Below are positions 9,289 through 18,899 of a stretch of 64,000 bases of DNA, piece after piece (position 1 is the stretch's first letter; each line of letters begins with the position of its first letter). Source of the stretch: Candidatus Nanohaloarchaea archaeon. Its GTDB lineage: Archaea; Nanohalarchaeota; Nanosalinia; Nanosalinales; Nanosalinaceae. A program made the translations under genes and the position numbers. The notes beneath the pieces are model-generated. The model ran no database searches and was not told where the DNA came from. It saw only the letters and a list, made by a program, of their open reading frames with translations. Where the stretch lies: the NCBI GenBank assembly GCA_042218325.1, contig JBDGRE010000010.1, positions 10,524 through 74,523 of the forward strand, read 5' to 3'.

Positions 9289-11349
9289 GTGTTCCTCGAT
9301 AAGAAACAGCCGGCCTCCAAGCTTCTCGCCCTCGGATTTACAGCAGCTCTACTCGCGGGGATGGCAGGGGCTATTAGTTTTGACAACCCTACCACTGGCA
9401 CAACCCATGACTCGGATGTCTGGTTGAATGTATCTGGAGCAAGTTCTTCGTCGGGGAAAATAGATTTTCTCTATAAAAGGAGTTCGGACACAAGTTATCA
9501 GACCGTTTCGAACGGCGACAATGTTTCGACTTCGAGTGGTTCAGCGGAATTACTTTTCGAGCTTGGCAGCACGTCTTCAGGAGATTTTGATTTTAGGGTA
9601 GTGGAAGAGGATTCGGATGGAAGCGGTGCTAACGTTACCGGGGTGACCTTAGATGGAACCCCTCCCTCAGTTTCCAGCTTTTCCCCGTCGGACGATGGAT
9701 ATACGAAAGAAGGCGAAAATTTGGATGTATCGTTTTCGTCATCTGATTCGACTACTTCAATCTCGTATAACAACATAACGATTCCGAGTGAAAGTCTGTC
9801 AAGTCTTTCCACGAGCTTGAATAGCGTTTCACTTTCAGAGGGCAGCTATGATGTTAATTACTATGTGAAAGATGATGTTGGTAATTGGGCAAATGGTTCG
9901 TGGTCGTTCACGGTCGACACGACGCAGGATTTCACGGTCGACCCGTCGTTCGATGATGGGCCGGGTGCGGTGAAGTGGAGTGAGGATTACAGTCTTGGAT
10001 TCGATATCCAGGAGAACTCGGAGTCGGCGGATGTGACTGTGAGCTGTCTTGATTCTGGCGGGGATACTATCGATACCGATACTCTTTCCGATGGTGCGGT
10101 CACGGCCTCGTGCGATATCGATGACGAGTACGAGGACTCGACGGTAGATCTATCCGTGGAGGTGTGTGACCAGGCAGGTAACTGTGATACTTCGGGTGAG
10201 AGCACATTTACCTTCGATTCCTCACAGCCGAATGTATTCGAGTCGAACATCCCGGGGAGCGTGGTGAACAGCGATTTCCCGGTCGAGTTCACCGCTTCAG
10301 ATGCGTCGGGTATCCAGGAGCTGGAGTACTTCTACGACGACTCTACGGTTAACGAGGGCTCAGGTACGTCGGTCGACATAGACGGCTCCTCGGGCGAGTT
10401 CACGGCCTCGGTCAATGGGCTCAGTGAGGGGCAGCACACTGTTTACTTCCGGGTGAAGGATGAGGCAGGCCGCTGGAGTTCCACAGAGTCCCTGGAGTTC
10501 GACTACAGGCCCGATGCGCAGCCGGAGATAACCATGGAGGCACCTTCAAGTATATCCGTCACCGCGGGCGACTCCACGGGTTTCCAGGTGAACGTGAAGA
10601 ACACCGGTGATATATTCATAGGCAGCAGCAATATCACCGCCTCGGCTGAAGGCGTTTTCTCCGATAGCAAGACGGTGGAAGAGCTGGCCCCCACGAACTC
10701 CACGACCGTCAGCTTCAGTGTAAGCACCGTGGCTGACGACCTCGGGAAGCATACTATAACTCTCTCCGTGTCGAACCCGGAGACGTCTAAGACCATCGGC
10801 CTGGTCGTAGAGGCCACTTCCCAGCAGGAATCCAGTCTCGACACGAAGCTGTCGGATTACGAGACCAAGCTCCAGCAGCTGCAACAGAAGGTCGAGGCCA
10901 AGAAAGGCGACTTACCGAAGGACCTGGAATCCCGGCTCGAGGCCAACCTGTCCGGGTTCAGGCAGAAGGTACAGGATGCACGTCAGGCGAAGCAGAACGG
11001 TAACTACTACAGGGTCTCGTCCTCGCTTGAAGGTATAGAATCGGATTACCAGGCTGCACAATCGTCTTTCGAGAACGTCAAGAAGGCGGATAACCGCAGG
11101 GATACCCGCAGATGGATGATGATAGGGGGCGGCCTCGTGCTGCTCCTCGCTATCGCTGGAGGAGGCTTCTACTACTACGAGAACGATAGGGAATTCGACT
11201 TCGATTTCGAACTCGACCTCGGCTCCGGCGATGAGGATTCCGATGAAGGCCCTGGATTCGTCAGCAACTTCATGGACAGGCTCTCGGCGCTCACGAACAG
11301 CAAGGAGGAAGAGGCCGAGGAGTTCCAGTGGGACGGCTTCAAGAACTAG
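9289..11349 (+). CDS. Cell-surface protein: signal peptide, Ig-like/CARDB-type domains, coiled coil, C-terminal TM and acidic tail
   Basis: N-terminal signal; D/S-rich beta repeats (DGTPP, YYVKDDVGN, CDQAGN, VKDEAG); VKNTG; heptad region; TM WMMIGGGLVLLLAIAGGGFYYY. Confidence 0.8.
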   Translation: MFLDKKQPASKLLALGFTAALLAGMAGAISFDNPTTGTTHDSDVWLNVSGASSSSGKIDFLYKRSSDTSYQTVSNGDNVSTSSGSAELLFELGSTSSGDFDFRVVEEDSDGSGANVTGVTLDGTPPSVSSFSPSDDGYTKEGENLDVSFSSSDSTTSISYNNITIPSESLSSLSTSLNSVSLSEGSYDVNYYVKDDVGNWANGSWSFTVDTTQDFTVDPSFDDGPGAVKWSEDYSLGFDIQENSESADVTVSCLDSGGDTIDTDTLSDGAVTASCDIDDEYEDSTVDLSVEVCDQAGNCDTSGESTFTFDSSQPNVFESNIPGSVVNSDFPVEFTASDASGIQELEYFYDDSTVNEGSGTSVDIDGSSGEFTASVNGLSEGQHTVYFRVKDEAGRWSSTESLEFDYRPDAQPEITMEAPSSISVTAGDSTGFQVNVKNTGDIFIGSSNITASAEGVFSDSKTVEELAPTNSTTVSFSVSTVADDLGKHTITLSVSNPETSKTIGLVVEATSQQESSLDTKLSDYETKLQQLQQKVEAKKGDLPKDLESRLEANLSGFRQKVQDARQAKQNGNYYRVSSSLEGIESDYQAAQSSFENVKKADNRRDTRRWMMIGGGLVLLLAIAGGGFYYYENDREFDFDFELDLGSGDEDSDEGPGFVSNFMDRLSALTNSKEEEAEEFQWDGFKN

Positions 11350-11687
11350 AGCCGGCTCGTACCGTCGAAAAGTTCTTTTAGAAGGCCTTTATCTCTGACC
11401 GTTTCGACTATGTTCGCTACCTCGGCGGAGAAATCGTCATCCTTCGCGGCCTTCGATACCGCGTCGTCGAGCAGGAGGTCGACCTGCGGGTCATCTTTCA
11501 GGGTCTGTACGACATCCGGGTCCGCTCTTGACCGGTTCATGTACTGCGATACCGCTGGCTGGGTGACTTCCAGTTTCGCCGCTATCTCTTCCTGTGTGTA
11601 TCCGTAGTCCTTCGAGAGTCTCGTCGCCATGATGCTGCGTACCGCGGGGAGCAGGTCGTCGCTTATGACCTCGATATCGAACCGCAT
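11346..11687 (-). CDS. HTH transcriptional regulator (archaeal COG2522-like)
   Basis: LPAVRSIMA...GYTQEEIAAKLEVTQPAVSQY. Confidence 0.85.
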   Translation of the reverse strand: MRFDIEVISDDLLPAVRSIMATRLSKDYGYTQEEIAAKLEVTQPAVSQYMNRSRADPDVVQTLKDDPQVDLLLDDAVSKAAKDDDFSAEVANIVETVRDKGLLKELFDGTSRL

Positions 11688-11748
11688 CAGGATATAACAA
11701 GGTTATAAGATTCAAAAAGGTGATATAGCCAGGTCTCCAAGTTTACCC

Positions 11749-12105
11749 GTGGCAGGGAAGGAGAGGGCGGAACTTGTATCCATCAGGAGGTCGCTGCAGG
11801 ACAGGAAGGGCGAAGAGTCTTCCGGCCATGTACTCAACACAGGTAACTGGGAGGACTGCATAAAAGCCCTGAATAAGGCCAAGGACGAGGGAGAGGTCTA
11901 TATCAAGACAACCGGGTTGCGAAAGCTGATAGGCAAGGAGGAGTCGGGGCTCGGATACATCATAAGCTTCCTGGATGAGGAAGGCTTCCTGGACTGCTGG
12001 AACGAGGCGGGACAGGTCCAGGAAAGATCGTACCGTGTCTCCCAGTACAGCCGGGAAGAGCTGGAAGATCTTGGTGCGGTATATATAGAAGTCCTGGATG
12101 AGTAG
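11749..12105 (+). CDS. Hypothetical protein (possibly winged-helix-like)
   Basis: ORF with host-like composition; no firm motif. Confidence 0.55.
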   Translation: MAGKERAELVSIRRSLQDRKGEESSGHVLNTGNWEDCIKALNKAKDEGEVYIKTTGLRKLIGKEESGLGYIISFLDEEGFLDCWNEAGQVQERSYRVSQYSREELEDLGAVYIEVLDE

Positions 12106-12113
12106 AGAGGCCG

Positions 12114-12455
12114 TCAGTGGTCGGCCTGCTCTACTTCCCTGGAGAGACGCTCGATGTCCGAGGCAAGCGCATCGAGCTTCCTCGAGACCCGCTCCTTCTC
12201 CTTGATGATGTTCTCCACCTTCTCGTACTTCCGGGCCGCGTGGTCAAGGTGGTGTTTCTCGACGTATGCTGCCTCGGTTTCCATCATGTTGTCGATTATC
12301 TCTTCCGCTATCTCGCCGAGCAGAAGGTTGAGGCCGTAGTAAACGTTCGAGCGGACGTACTGGCCCTCGTCGGCCTTGTCTCTTATCATCCTTTTTATCC
12401 TGGCGTGTGTGAAAGGAAGGTCGGAAACATCGGTGTCTTCTGGGACTTCTACCAT
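12114..12455 (-). CDS. Histone-fold protein with C-terminal coiled coil
   Basis: LPFTHARIKRMIR resembles histone helix alpha1; long alpha2; heptad C-terminal extension. Confidence 0.7.
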   Translation of the reverse strand: MVEVPEDTDVSDLPFTHARIKRMIRDKADEGQYVRSNVYYGLNLLLGEIAEEIIDNMMETEAAYVEKHHLDHAARKYEKVENIIKEKERVSRKLDALASDIERLSREVEQADH

Positions 12456-12564
12456 GTTATCACGTCAAAAATTTCCGTTCACAGGCTTTTAAGCCTTTCT
12501 GGCAGGTTTTCTTGAGTTCGAGGACTCCGGTAAGTATAAACCCGTGGCCCCGGAAAAATGGTAC

Positions 12565-12789
12565 ATGGTCGACCTTGTCACGTTGAACCAGGCGCTGGAC
12601 GCGGCGATCAAGATACTTGTACTGGCAGGTTTCTTCTACCTGCTGCTTGTACTGAAGAACCTCGACAGGACCATACGCTCGGTCGAGCGCTCCGCGGAAT
12701 CTATCGAGCGGACGTCGGAAAAGCTCGGCAAGTTATTCACGGTTTCTCGTTTCCTGCCGTTCGTCGGGAGGCGAAGAGATGATGGATGA
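12565..12789 (+). CDS. Small single-TM coiled-coil protein
   Basis: Hydrophobic segment followed by heptads. Confidence 0.65.
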   Translation: MVDLVTLNQALDAAIKILVLAGFFYLLLVLKNLDRTIRSVERSAESIERTSEKLGKLFTVSRFLPFVGRRRDDG

Positions 12790-13012
12790 GCTGATCGACA
12801 ACCTCGGCGATGACAGCGACGGTGAAGAGGACTCCGAGGAGAGGTACAGCAAGCTGAAGAAGGAGGAGGCAGGGACGCAGCAGACAGAGGCCGAGAAAAG
12901 GTTCCAGGAGCTGAAGGATAAGGCGAAAGATGAGTTCATAGAGAAGCAGCGGAAACGGGAGCAGGAGGAAGACGAGGAAGACGACTCCGGCGACCCGTTC
13001 GTCACCCACTAG
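12779..13012 (+). CDS. Small highly charged hypothetical protein
   Basis: Overlaps the upstream ORF; E/D/K-rich. Confidence 0.65.
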   Translation: MMDELIDNLGDDSDGEEDSEERYSKLKKEEAGTQQTEAEKRFQELKDKAKDEFIEKQRKREQEEDEEDDSGDPFVTH

Positions 13013-13059
13013 CGGGAAGTTTATAACCCGGGGTTTCCTGAAACATCCCATGGTTCCCG

Positions 13060-14241
13060 GTGGTAGGAGTGGAGCTTGATAGGATACCTGATATAGCCAA
13101 GCATCTTTCGCTCGTGTTCTTCCTGGCGTGGCTTGGCCGGTCGACAGCCTGGAACTTCCTGCCGATATTCATCGAAAGGCATATCGCCAGCGTGTTCCTT
13201 GTCGGGATCGTCACCTCGCTGCCCGCCGCGATTCCCGTAATACTTGACATACCTGTGGGCAACCTGGTGCAGCGCGCAGGCGAGAAGATAGTTATACTTT
13301 CCGGTCTTCTCGTGGCAGCTCTACCACCTCTTATGTACGTGACCGCGTTACCAGCCATGCTGGTCGTGGGAAAGATGCTGGAGGGCGTTGCGAAGGCGCT
13401 CGTGTTCAACGGCGGCTGGAGCATAACGATGCAGTCCTCCAACGACGACGTGGAGGCCGAATCCCTGTCAGTCTTCCTGCTCGGGCTTAACCTCGCGATA
13501 GTCATCGGCCCGATCATCGGCGGCTACCTCATAGATTCGTACGGCTTCCCTGTGACCTTCGGTCTCTGGGTCTTCACCGCCTCGCTCGCGGTGCTCGTGT
13601 TTCTCAGCTACATAGGCCTCGAGAGGAAGCGAGGTTTCATAGAATCCATCGAGGAGCTCTTGCACCGTGACACCTACGGTAACGACTGGAGACACCTCAA
13701 GCAGAACTGGGGAAGCATCCGGTTCCCGCTTGCCCTGATATTCCTTTACTCCATAATATTCTCGTTCTACTGGCTGGCCATACCGCTGCTCCTCGACAAG
13801 ATGGGCGCAGGCTTCATCACCATGGGGCTGATATTCGGGGCCGCGGCGCTGCCGAAGGTGTTCCAGTTCATGTTCGGCGACCTTGCCGACAGGATAGGCG
13901 ACCTCCGGGTCGTGGCGCTTACCTCGTTGCTGCTCACGCCGGTGCTGGTGTCGATGAACTTCCTCTCCGGCGCTTTCATGATAGGTGCGATGTTCTTCGT
14001 TGCCCGGATATTCTCGGCCGGGATGTCGCCCGCGCTCCACTCCATATTCGACGCCCGCTGCCCGGAGGAGCATGAATCGGAGCTGACAGGCTTCCTGGAG
14101 TTCTTCAAGCACTCGGGACAGGCTCTCGGTCCTGTGGTGGCGGGTACCGCGGCCTCGATATGGTCGCTCAACGCCAGCTTCCTGGTCGCGGCAGCGGTTT
14201 CCGCGGTGATATTCGCCTCCGCGATCTACAGTTTCCGCTAG
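13060..14241 (+). CDS. MFS transporter
   Basis: About 12 TM segments; GNLVQRAGEK and GDLADRIG motif-A loops; GPIIGG. Confidence 0.9.
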   Translation: MVGVELDRIPDIAKHLSLVFFLAWLGRSTAWNFLPIFIERHIASVFLVGIVTSLPAAIPVILDIPVGNLVQRAGEKIVILSGLLVAALPPLMYVTALPAMLVVGKMLEGVAKALVFNGGWSITMQSSNDDVEAESLSVFLLGLNLAIVIGPIIGGYLIDSYGFPVTFGLWVFTASLAVLVFLSYIGLERKRGFIESIEELLHRDTYGNDWRHLKQNWGSIRFPLALIFLYSIIFSFYWLAIPLLLDKMGAGFITMGLIFGAAALPKVFQFMFGDLADRIGDLRVVALTSLLLTPVLVSMNFLSGAFMIGAMFFVARIFSAGMSPALHSIFDARCPEEHESELTGFLEFFKHSGQALGPVVAGTAASIWSLNASFLVAAAVSAVIFASAIYSFR

Positions 14242-14975
14242 AACCTGCCGATCTCCGGGAACTCGAAAAGACCGGCCTCTCTCGAGACAGCTACCGCCTC
14301 CAGCCCTCCGACGTCCACACGGTTCCTCAGGATAGGTGAAAGAAGCTCACTCTGCGGCACCTGGTTGACCTTCGAGCCGCCCGATATCTTCGAGAAAGCC
14401 GGCATGACAACTATCTTCTTCCCCTCCCGGGTTTCGCCGTAGAGAAACGCGTCGACCTTCTCCTTCACACCTATCTCGTCCTCAAGGACCAGAGCAGGGT
14501 GCTCGTGGCCTATGACCACAGTCTTGTACTCCCCGTCGATATCCATGTCGTCAAGATCCCTGTGGCCGTGTACGAAAAGGATACCTTCTTCCATGTGGAA
14601 ATCGCTGAGGGTGCCGTGTTTCTCCACGATGTTCTCTATGAACGTGTCGTGGTTGCCCTTCACCACGATGACCTCGTCGAACTCTCGGTCGAGGAACTCC
14701 ATGAACTCCTCGATTTCTTTTTGCTCGGAGTAACGGGTCGTCGCGAACTCGTGCTTCAGGTCGCCGTTGACCAGTATCCTTGAGGCGCCGGTCTCCTGCC
14801 TCGCGTCTTCTATGTCCTCTATGAGCTCCTCCAGCTGGAACTGTGGCACGTACCCGCCCTCCGAGGTCATCGAGCCCTCCAGGCCGAGGTGCAGGTCGCT
14901 GATGACGAGTAGGTCCATCCCCGGGTGGTAGAGCAGCGGAAGGCTGTCAACGGTTTCGAAGTCGAAGATTTTCAT
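14238..14975 (-). CDS. Calcineurin-like metallophosphoesterase (Lhr/ligase-associated type)
   Basis: DLHLG, GDLKH, GNHD, HGH, GHEHP. Confidence 0.9.
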   Translation of the reverse strand: MKIFDFETVDSLPLLYHPGMDLLVISDLHLGLEGSMTSEGGYVPQFQLEELIEDIEDARQETGASRILVNGDLKHEFATTRYSEQKEIEEFMEFLDREFDEVIVVKGNHDTFIENIVEKHGTLSDFHMEEGILFVHGHRDLDDMDIDGEYKTVVIGHEHPALVLEDEIGVKEKVDAFLYGETREGKKIVVMPAFSKISGGSKVNQVPQSELLSPILRNRVDVGGLEAVAVSREAGLFEFPEIGRF

Positions 14976-15054
14976 GGAGTGTTCGAGAAGAGCGAGATTT
15001 TAGTATCCGGAGGTCGGCCGGAACGGTTTTAAGCGTTGAGCAGAAAGGTAAGAT

Positions 15055-15276
15055 ATGGAGATTTCAACGGACGAAAGGGTTGTTAAGAACTCTCTCACGA
15101 TTCTTCTTGGCGTTGCTGGGCTTTTATCCAGTATAGTAGGCGTAGGATTTCTTTCGGAGTGGCTAAAGTCGGCTTCAGGTTTCACCAGCAGCAGTTTTGC
15201 TCTGGGCGCGTTTCTCTTCCTGCTCGGGATGAGCATCGTGGTGGTCTTGCTTTCGCAGGTAATCGAAGGTGAGTAG
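15055..15276 (+). CDS. Small 2-TM membrane protein
   Basis: Two hydrophobic segments. Confidence 0.55.
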   Translation: MEISTDERVVKNSLTILLGVAGLLSSIVGVGFLSEWLKSASGFTSSSFALGAFLFLLGMSIVVVLLSQVIEGE

Positions 15277-15278
15277 CT

Positions 15279-15554
15279 GTGGAAGAGGCGGAACTTGAGA
15301 AGAACCAGCTGGACCTCCAGTTTCAGAACTGGGTTTCCGTGAGCAACGTGCTCCTCGGAAGCGGTTTAACCGCTGTAATTGCTGCCTGGCCTGTTCTGGA
15401 TTCTTTCGGACTGAGCTTCCTGGAGAAGGTTTTTCTCGACCTTGCAGTTTCAGGCTCTCTTATGATGCTCGGAGTTCTGGCGAGAAACGGAGCTCATGAC
15501 TACGCAGGAAGATACTGGAACTGGGTAAATAGGGCCGAGTCCTTCAGTCTCTAA
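15279..15554 (+). CDS. Small 2-TM membrane protein
   Basis: Two hydrophobic segments; starts 2 nt after the previous stop. Confidence 0.55.
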   Translation: MEEAELEKNQLDLQFQNWVSVSNVLLGSGLTAVIAAWPVLDSFGLSFLEKVFLDLAVSGSLMMLGVLARNGAHDYAGRYWNWVNRAESFSL

Positions 15555-16191
15555 GATCGGAGTGGAGTGATTCTAGCTGTTGAGCATCGACACCAGCCAG
15601 GGAGAAAACTGTGTAGTGTGCATACTCTCCCCCGTTATCTGTGAGGCCGAGAACCAGCATACCGGCCTTTCTCGCTCCTTTCATGCCTGCCTGGCCGTCC
15701 TCGATAACGAGGCAGTCGGTAGGCGCGACTTCCAGCATTCGAGCCGCCTCGAGAAAAACATCGGGCGATGGTTTACCTTCTTCGACCTCTTCCGCGCTGA
15801 CAACTGCATCGAAGTGCTCTAGTAGTTCGAGTTCCTCCAGCACGTCACGGATAAAATCAGGTTCTGAGGAGGAGGCAACTGCCATCGAGTAACCTTCGCT
15901 TTAGGCATCTCTGATCAGGTTCAGAGCACCCTCTACGGGTTCGACGCCTCTCTCCTGGACAAGTTTGAAGAGCCGCTCCTGCTTCCGGGCTTAGGCCTCC
16001 ATCGGGTCGGAAGCATTGGTTTCCTGCTCGAAGAGCGTTCCGGGCGGTTTGCCAGCGTACTTCTCTGTTATTTCTTCCTGATTCATATCAACATCGTAGT
16101 CGTCAAGTACCTCTGACTGTGCCTGTGCGTGGAGCTCCTGCGTCCGGGACATAACTCCGTCCATGTCGAAGATGATGGCTTCCAGCGGCAT
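15544..16191 (-). pseudogene. HAD-superfamily phosphatase (beta-phosphoglucomutase-like) interrupted by two in-frame TAA stops
   Basis: One frame: IFDMDG...DPMEA*ARKQ...PVEGALNLIRDA*SEGYSMAVASSS...GKPSPDVF...IEDGQAG. Stops at 15991-15993 and 15901-15903. Confidence 0.85.
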
Positions 16192-16230
16192 ATACACTCC
16201 AGTTCCTCCTGAAGCTTGAAGAAAGTTGAT

Positions 16231-17088
16231 TCAACGGTTCAGCTCCCGCCATACCTCAAGAAATGCCTCGAAGATATCCTGCTCTGTCGATAGCTGGACG
16301 AAGTGCGCGTCGTTCTTGTCCGCGATGTGCTCGACCTGGGACAGGTGCTGCTGCAGCCGGTCCTTGTAACTGTTCTTCGTCTTCCTCGACAGGTAGGTCC
16401 TCAGCGTGGAGTCGCTCTCGGGGTCCTTCAGGATGGCGTCGCCGTCGAAATCCGGGTCGAGCTCGGTGGCGTCGAGCGTGTTCACCAGCACGAGATCCGT
16501 ATCTCTTAACCTCTCCACACCCTCCTCGATACCTTCTATGTCGGTCAGGAAGTCGCTGATGACGACTACTGCGGACTTGTTCTGTATCCTGCCCGCGTAC
16601 TCTGTAAGGCAGCGCTCCACCCGCGACTCCGGCGTCTTTCTCAACTGGTTCAGAGTCTCCACCAGCTCGCCCATGTTCGCGTTTCTCCTGCCCGACGAGA
16701 TGTCAGTAACAGTTTCCGAGAACACGGAGAACCGGAACCGGTCGTTGGTATTCGACACCATATAGGCGATGGCCAGGCCGATCTTCGACGCGAATTCGTA
16801 CTTGTTCACGTTTCCGTAATCCATCGAGCTGGAGCGGTCGACCAGCACGTGGACGGTAACGGATTTCTCCTCCTCGAATCGCTTGATGAAAAGCTCTTCT
16901 GTACGGCCGTATACGTTCCAGTCCATCTTCCGTATATCGTCACCGGGCACGTACTTCTTGTGGTCCTCGAAGATCATGCCCTGGCCTGTCCAACTCGATT
17001 GCTGCTCTCCCTGTCTTATCTCGGTGGAGTTCTTCTTCAGGGCGAGCTGGAACCTGTCAAGTTCGTCGAGGAAGTCGAGCTCTATCAT
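16231..17088 (-). CDS. DUF58 family vWA-like protein (MoxR-associated)
   Basis: GQGMIFEDHKKYVPGDDIRKMDW, DRSSSM, ISDF. Confidence 0.92.
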   Translation of the reverse strand: MIELDFLDELDRFQLALKKNSTEIRQGEQQSSWTGQGMIFEDHKKYVPGDDIRKMDWNVYGRTEELFIKRFEEEKSVTVHVLVDRSSSMDYGNVNKYEFASKIGLAIAYMVSNTNDRFRFSVFSETVTDISSGRRNANMGELVETLNQLRKTPESRVERCLTEYAGRIQNKSAVVVISDFLTDIEGIEEGVERLRDTDLVLVNTLDATELDPDFDGDAILKDPESDSTLRTYLSRKTKNSYKDRLQQHLSQVEHIADKNDAHFVQLSTEQDIFEAFLEVWRELNR

Positions 17089-17092
17089 CGTC

Positions 17093-18058
17093 CTACGTCT
17101 CGTCGACTATCTCCTCTACCACGTCCTCCGGGGTCCTGCCTTTCTTCTCGGCCTGGAAGTTCAGGCCTATACGGTGCCGGAGGACTGCGAGGGCCATCTG
17201 GTCGATATCGGCCTCCGATACGTGGTTACGGCCCTCAAGAAGAGCGCGGGCTTTACCTGTCTTGACAAGCGCCAGCGAGGCTCTCGGTGACGCACCCCAT
17301 TCGAGGTCCTCATGGGTCCGGGTCCTCTTGACTATCTTGACCGCCCGTCGCCTGATGTCGTCGGCGATGGGGACCTGTGTCGTGAACTCCTGCAGCTGTA
17401 TGACAGAGCTCTTCGACAGCACCTCATCCAGCTCGGGCTCGTAGTTGAGCTCCTGCGTGAAGCGCTCCACTATCTGGTTCTCCTCTTCCTCCGCAGGGTA
17501 ATCGACCTTTATCTTGATGAGGAACCGGTCGCTCTGCGCCTCGGGCAGCGGGTAGGTGCCTTCCTGGTCGATAGGGTTCTGTGTCGCCATCAGGAAGAAC
17601 GGTTTGTCGAGCTGGTAGCTCTTGTTGCCCGCGGTCACCTGCTTCTCCTGCATCGCCTCCAGCAGCGCGGACTGCGTCTTCGGCGTCGCACGGTTTATCT
17701 CGTCGGCCAGTATCATGTTCGCGAAGATGGGGCCACGCTGGAAGATGAACTCCTTCTCGCCCTGGCTCTCGTCGATTATGTGTGTGCCCGTGATGTCGGA
17801 GGGCATGAGGTCCGGTGTGTTCTGGATGCGCGAGAAATCCAGTCCCATGACCTCGGAGAGGGTGCGTACCATCTTGGTCTTGCCCAGGCCAGGGTAGGAT
17901 TCGACGAGGACGTTGCCGTCGCACAGGATGGCCACGAGCATCTTTTCCAGTACTTCCTCCTGGCCGACAATCACCTTGCCGACCTCATCGAGCACCTTGT
18001 TGAGTTTCTTGGTCACTTCGCTGTAGTTCCCTGCCTCGTCAGCACCCTTTATCTTCAT
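17093..18058 (-). CDS. moxR: MoxR family AAA+ ATPase
   Basis: PGLGKT, RIQNTPDLMPSDITG, ADEINRATPKTQSALLEAM, ATQNP, EGTYPLPEAQSDRF, GASPRA. Confidence 0.95.
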   Translation of the reverse strand: MKIKGADEAGNYSEVTKKLNKVLDEVGKVIVGQEEVLEKMLVAILCDGNVLVESYPGLGKTKMVRTLSEVMGLDFSRIQNTPDLMPSDITGTHIIDESQGEKEFIFQRGPIFANMILADEINRATPKTQSALLEAMQEKQVTAGNKSYQLDKPFFLMATQNPIDQEGTYPLPEAQSDRFLIKIKVDYPAEEEENQIVERFTQELNYEPELDEVLSKSSVIQLQEFTTQVPIADDIRRRAVKIVKRTRTHEDLEWGASPRASLALVKTGKARALLEGRNHVSEADIDQMALAVLRHRIGLNFQAEKKGRTPEDVVEEIVDET

Positions 18059-18137
18059 TCAGAATCCCCGGTGTTCCTGGCTGTCCAGAAAAATTCTTAG
18101 TTTTCGATTCATAGATAATACCTCTTGCTCTGGCCAT

Positions 18138-18899
18138 TTAACTATTATCGAGTTCCCTGATGGCGAGGCTGTACTGCTTCGCCAGCTGCATGTCTTCGCC
18201 CAGCATCTGGGCCGAAGTGTCAAGCCTGAGCTCCTGTTCCTGGCCTTTCCCGGGGCCGGCTTCCCGGTCGCCGCTCCTCCCTGACCCGGTGATGTTGAAG
18301 CCGATATCGATGTCGGAGGAGTCGATGTCGCTCTGCTCGCCGTATATCTTTGAGCTGTTCTTCAGCTCGAATCCCTGGTCCTCGCCCTGTATCCTCTGCT
18401 GTATCTCGTCGACGCCGGGGAACAGTTCTCCTGAGGTCTGCTGCAGCTGGAAGCTTGTTATACCCGACATGACGGTCAGGAAGCTCAGGACGCCGACGGC
18501 CAGTATCTTCTGGATTATCCTTTTGTTCGGGATTATGCTTTCCGACGTGACCTTGCGGGCCCTGTCGAGTAAATCGTCGAACAGCGCCTGCGAAACGATG
18601 TTCTGCCTGTCCAGGTTGTCGCGCGCGGTTCTCAGCACTTCCTCCAGCTGCGGGTTCTTCTCCTCGTATATCTCCAGTCGGTACTTCTCGGTCCTGTAAA
18701 GCATGTCTAGCAAAAGAAACACGAGGCTGAGAGTCCCGATGACGACCTCGTTCCTGAACGTCGGGGTCAGTCTCACGTCCAGGAGGAAAAGCACAAGGTT
18801 GACCGAGAGAAAGAACAGCAGCGAGTCGAGCACTGCCTGGAGGAAGTTGACCTTGACGAACTCTCTCTTGAGCCTCTTGAGAAGTTTTTCGACCCTCAT
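18138..18899 (-). CDS. Membrane protein of the MoxR/vWA operon
   Basis: Three TM segments; ATG at 18899 overlaps the upstream stop. Confidence 0.75.
   Translation of the reverse strand: MRVEKLLKRLKREFVKVNFLQAVLDSLLFFLSVNLVLFLLDVRLTPTFRNEVVIGTLSLVFLLLDMLYRTEKYRLEIYEEKNPQLEEVLRTARDNLDRQNIVSQALFDDLLDRARKVTSESIIPNKRIIQKILAVGVLSFLTVMSGITSFQLQQTSGELFPGVDEIQQRIQGEDQGFELKNSSKIYGEQSDIDSSDIDIGFNITGSGRSGDREAGPGKGQEQELRLDTSAQMLGEDMQLAKQYSLAIRELDNS

Noticed and set aside
15544-16191. Genome-wide TAA recoding
   Set aside because: Conserved genes such as the thermosome and eS6 end in TAA at their expected termini.
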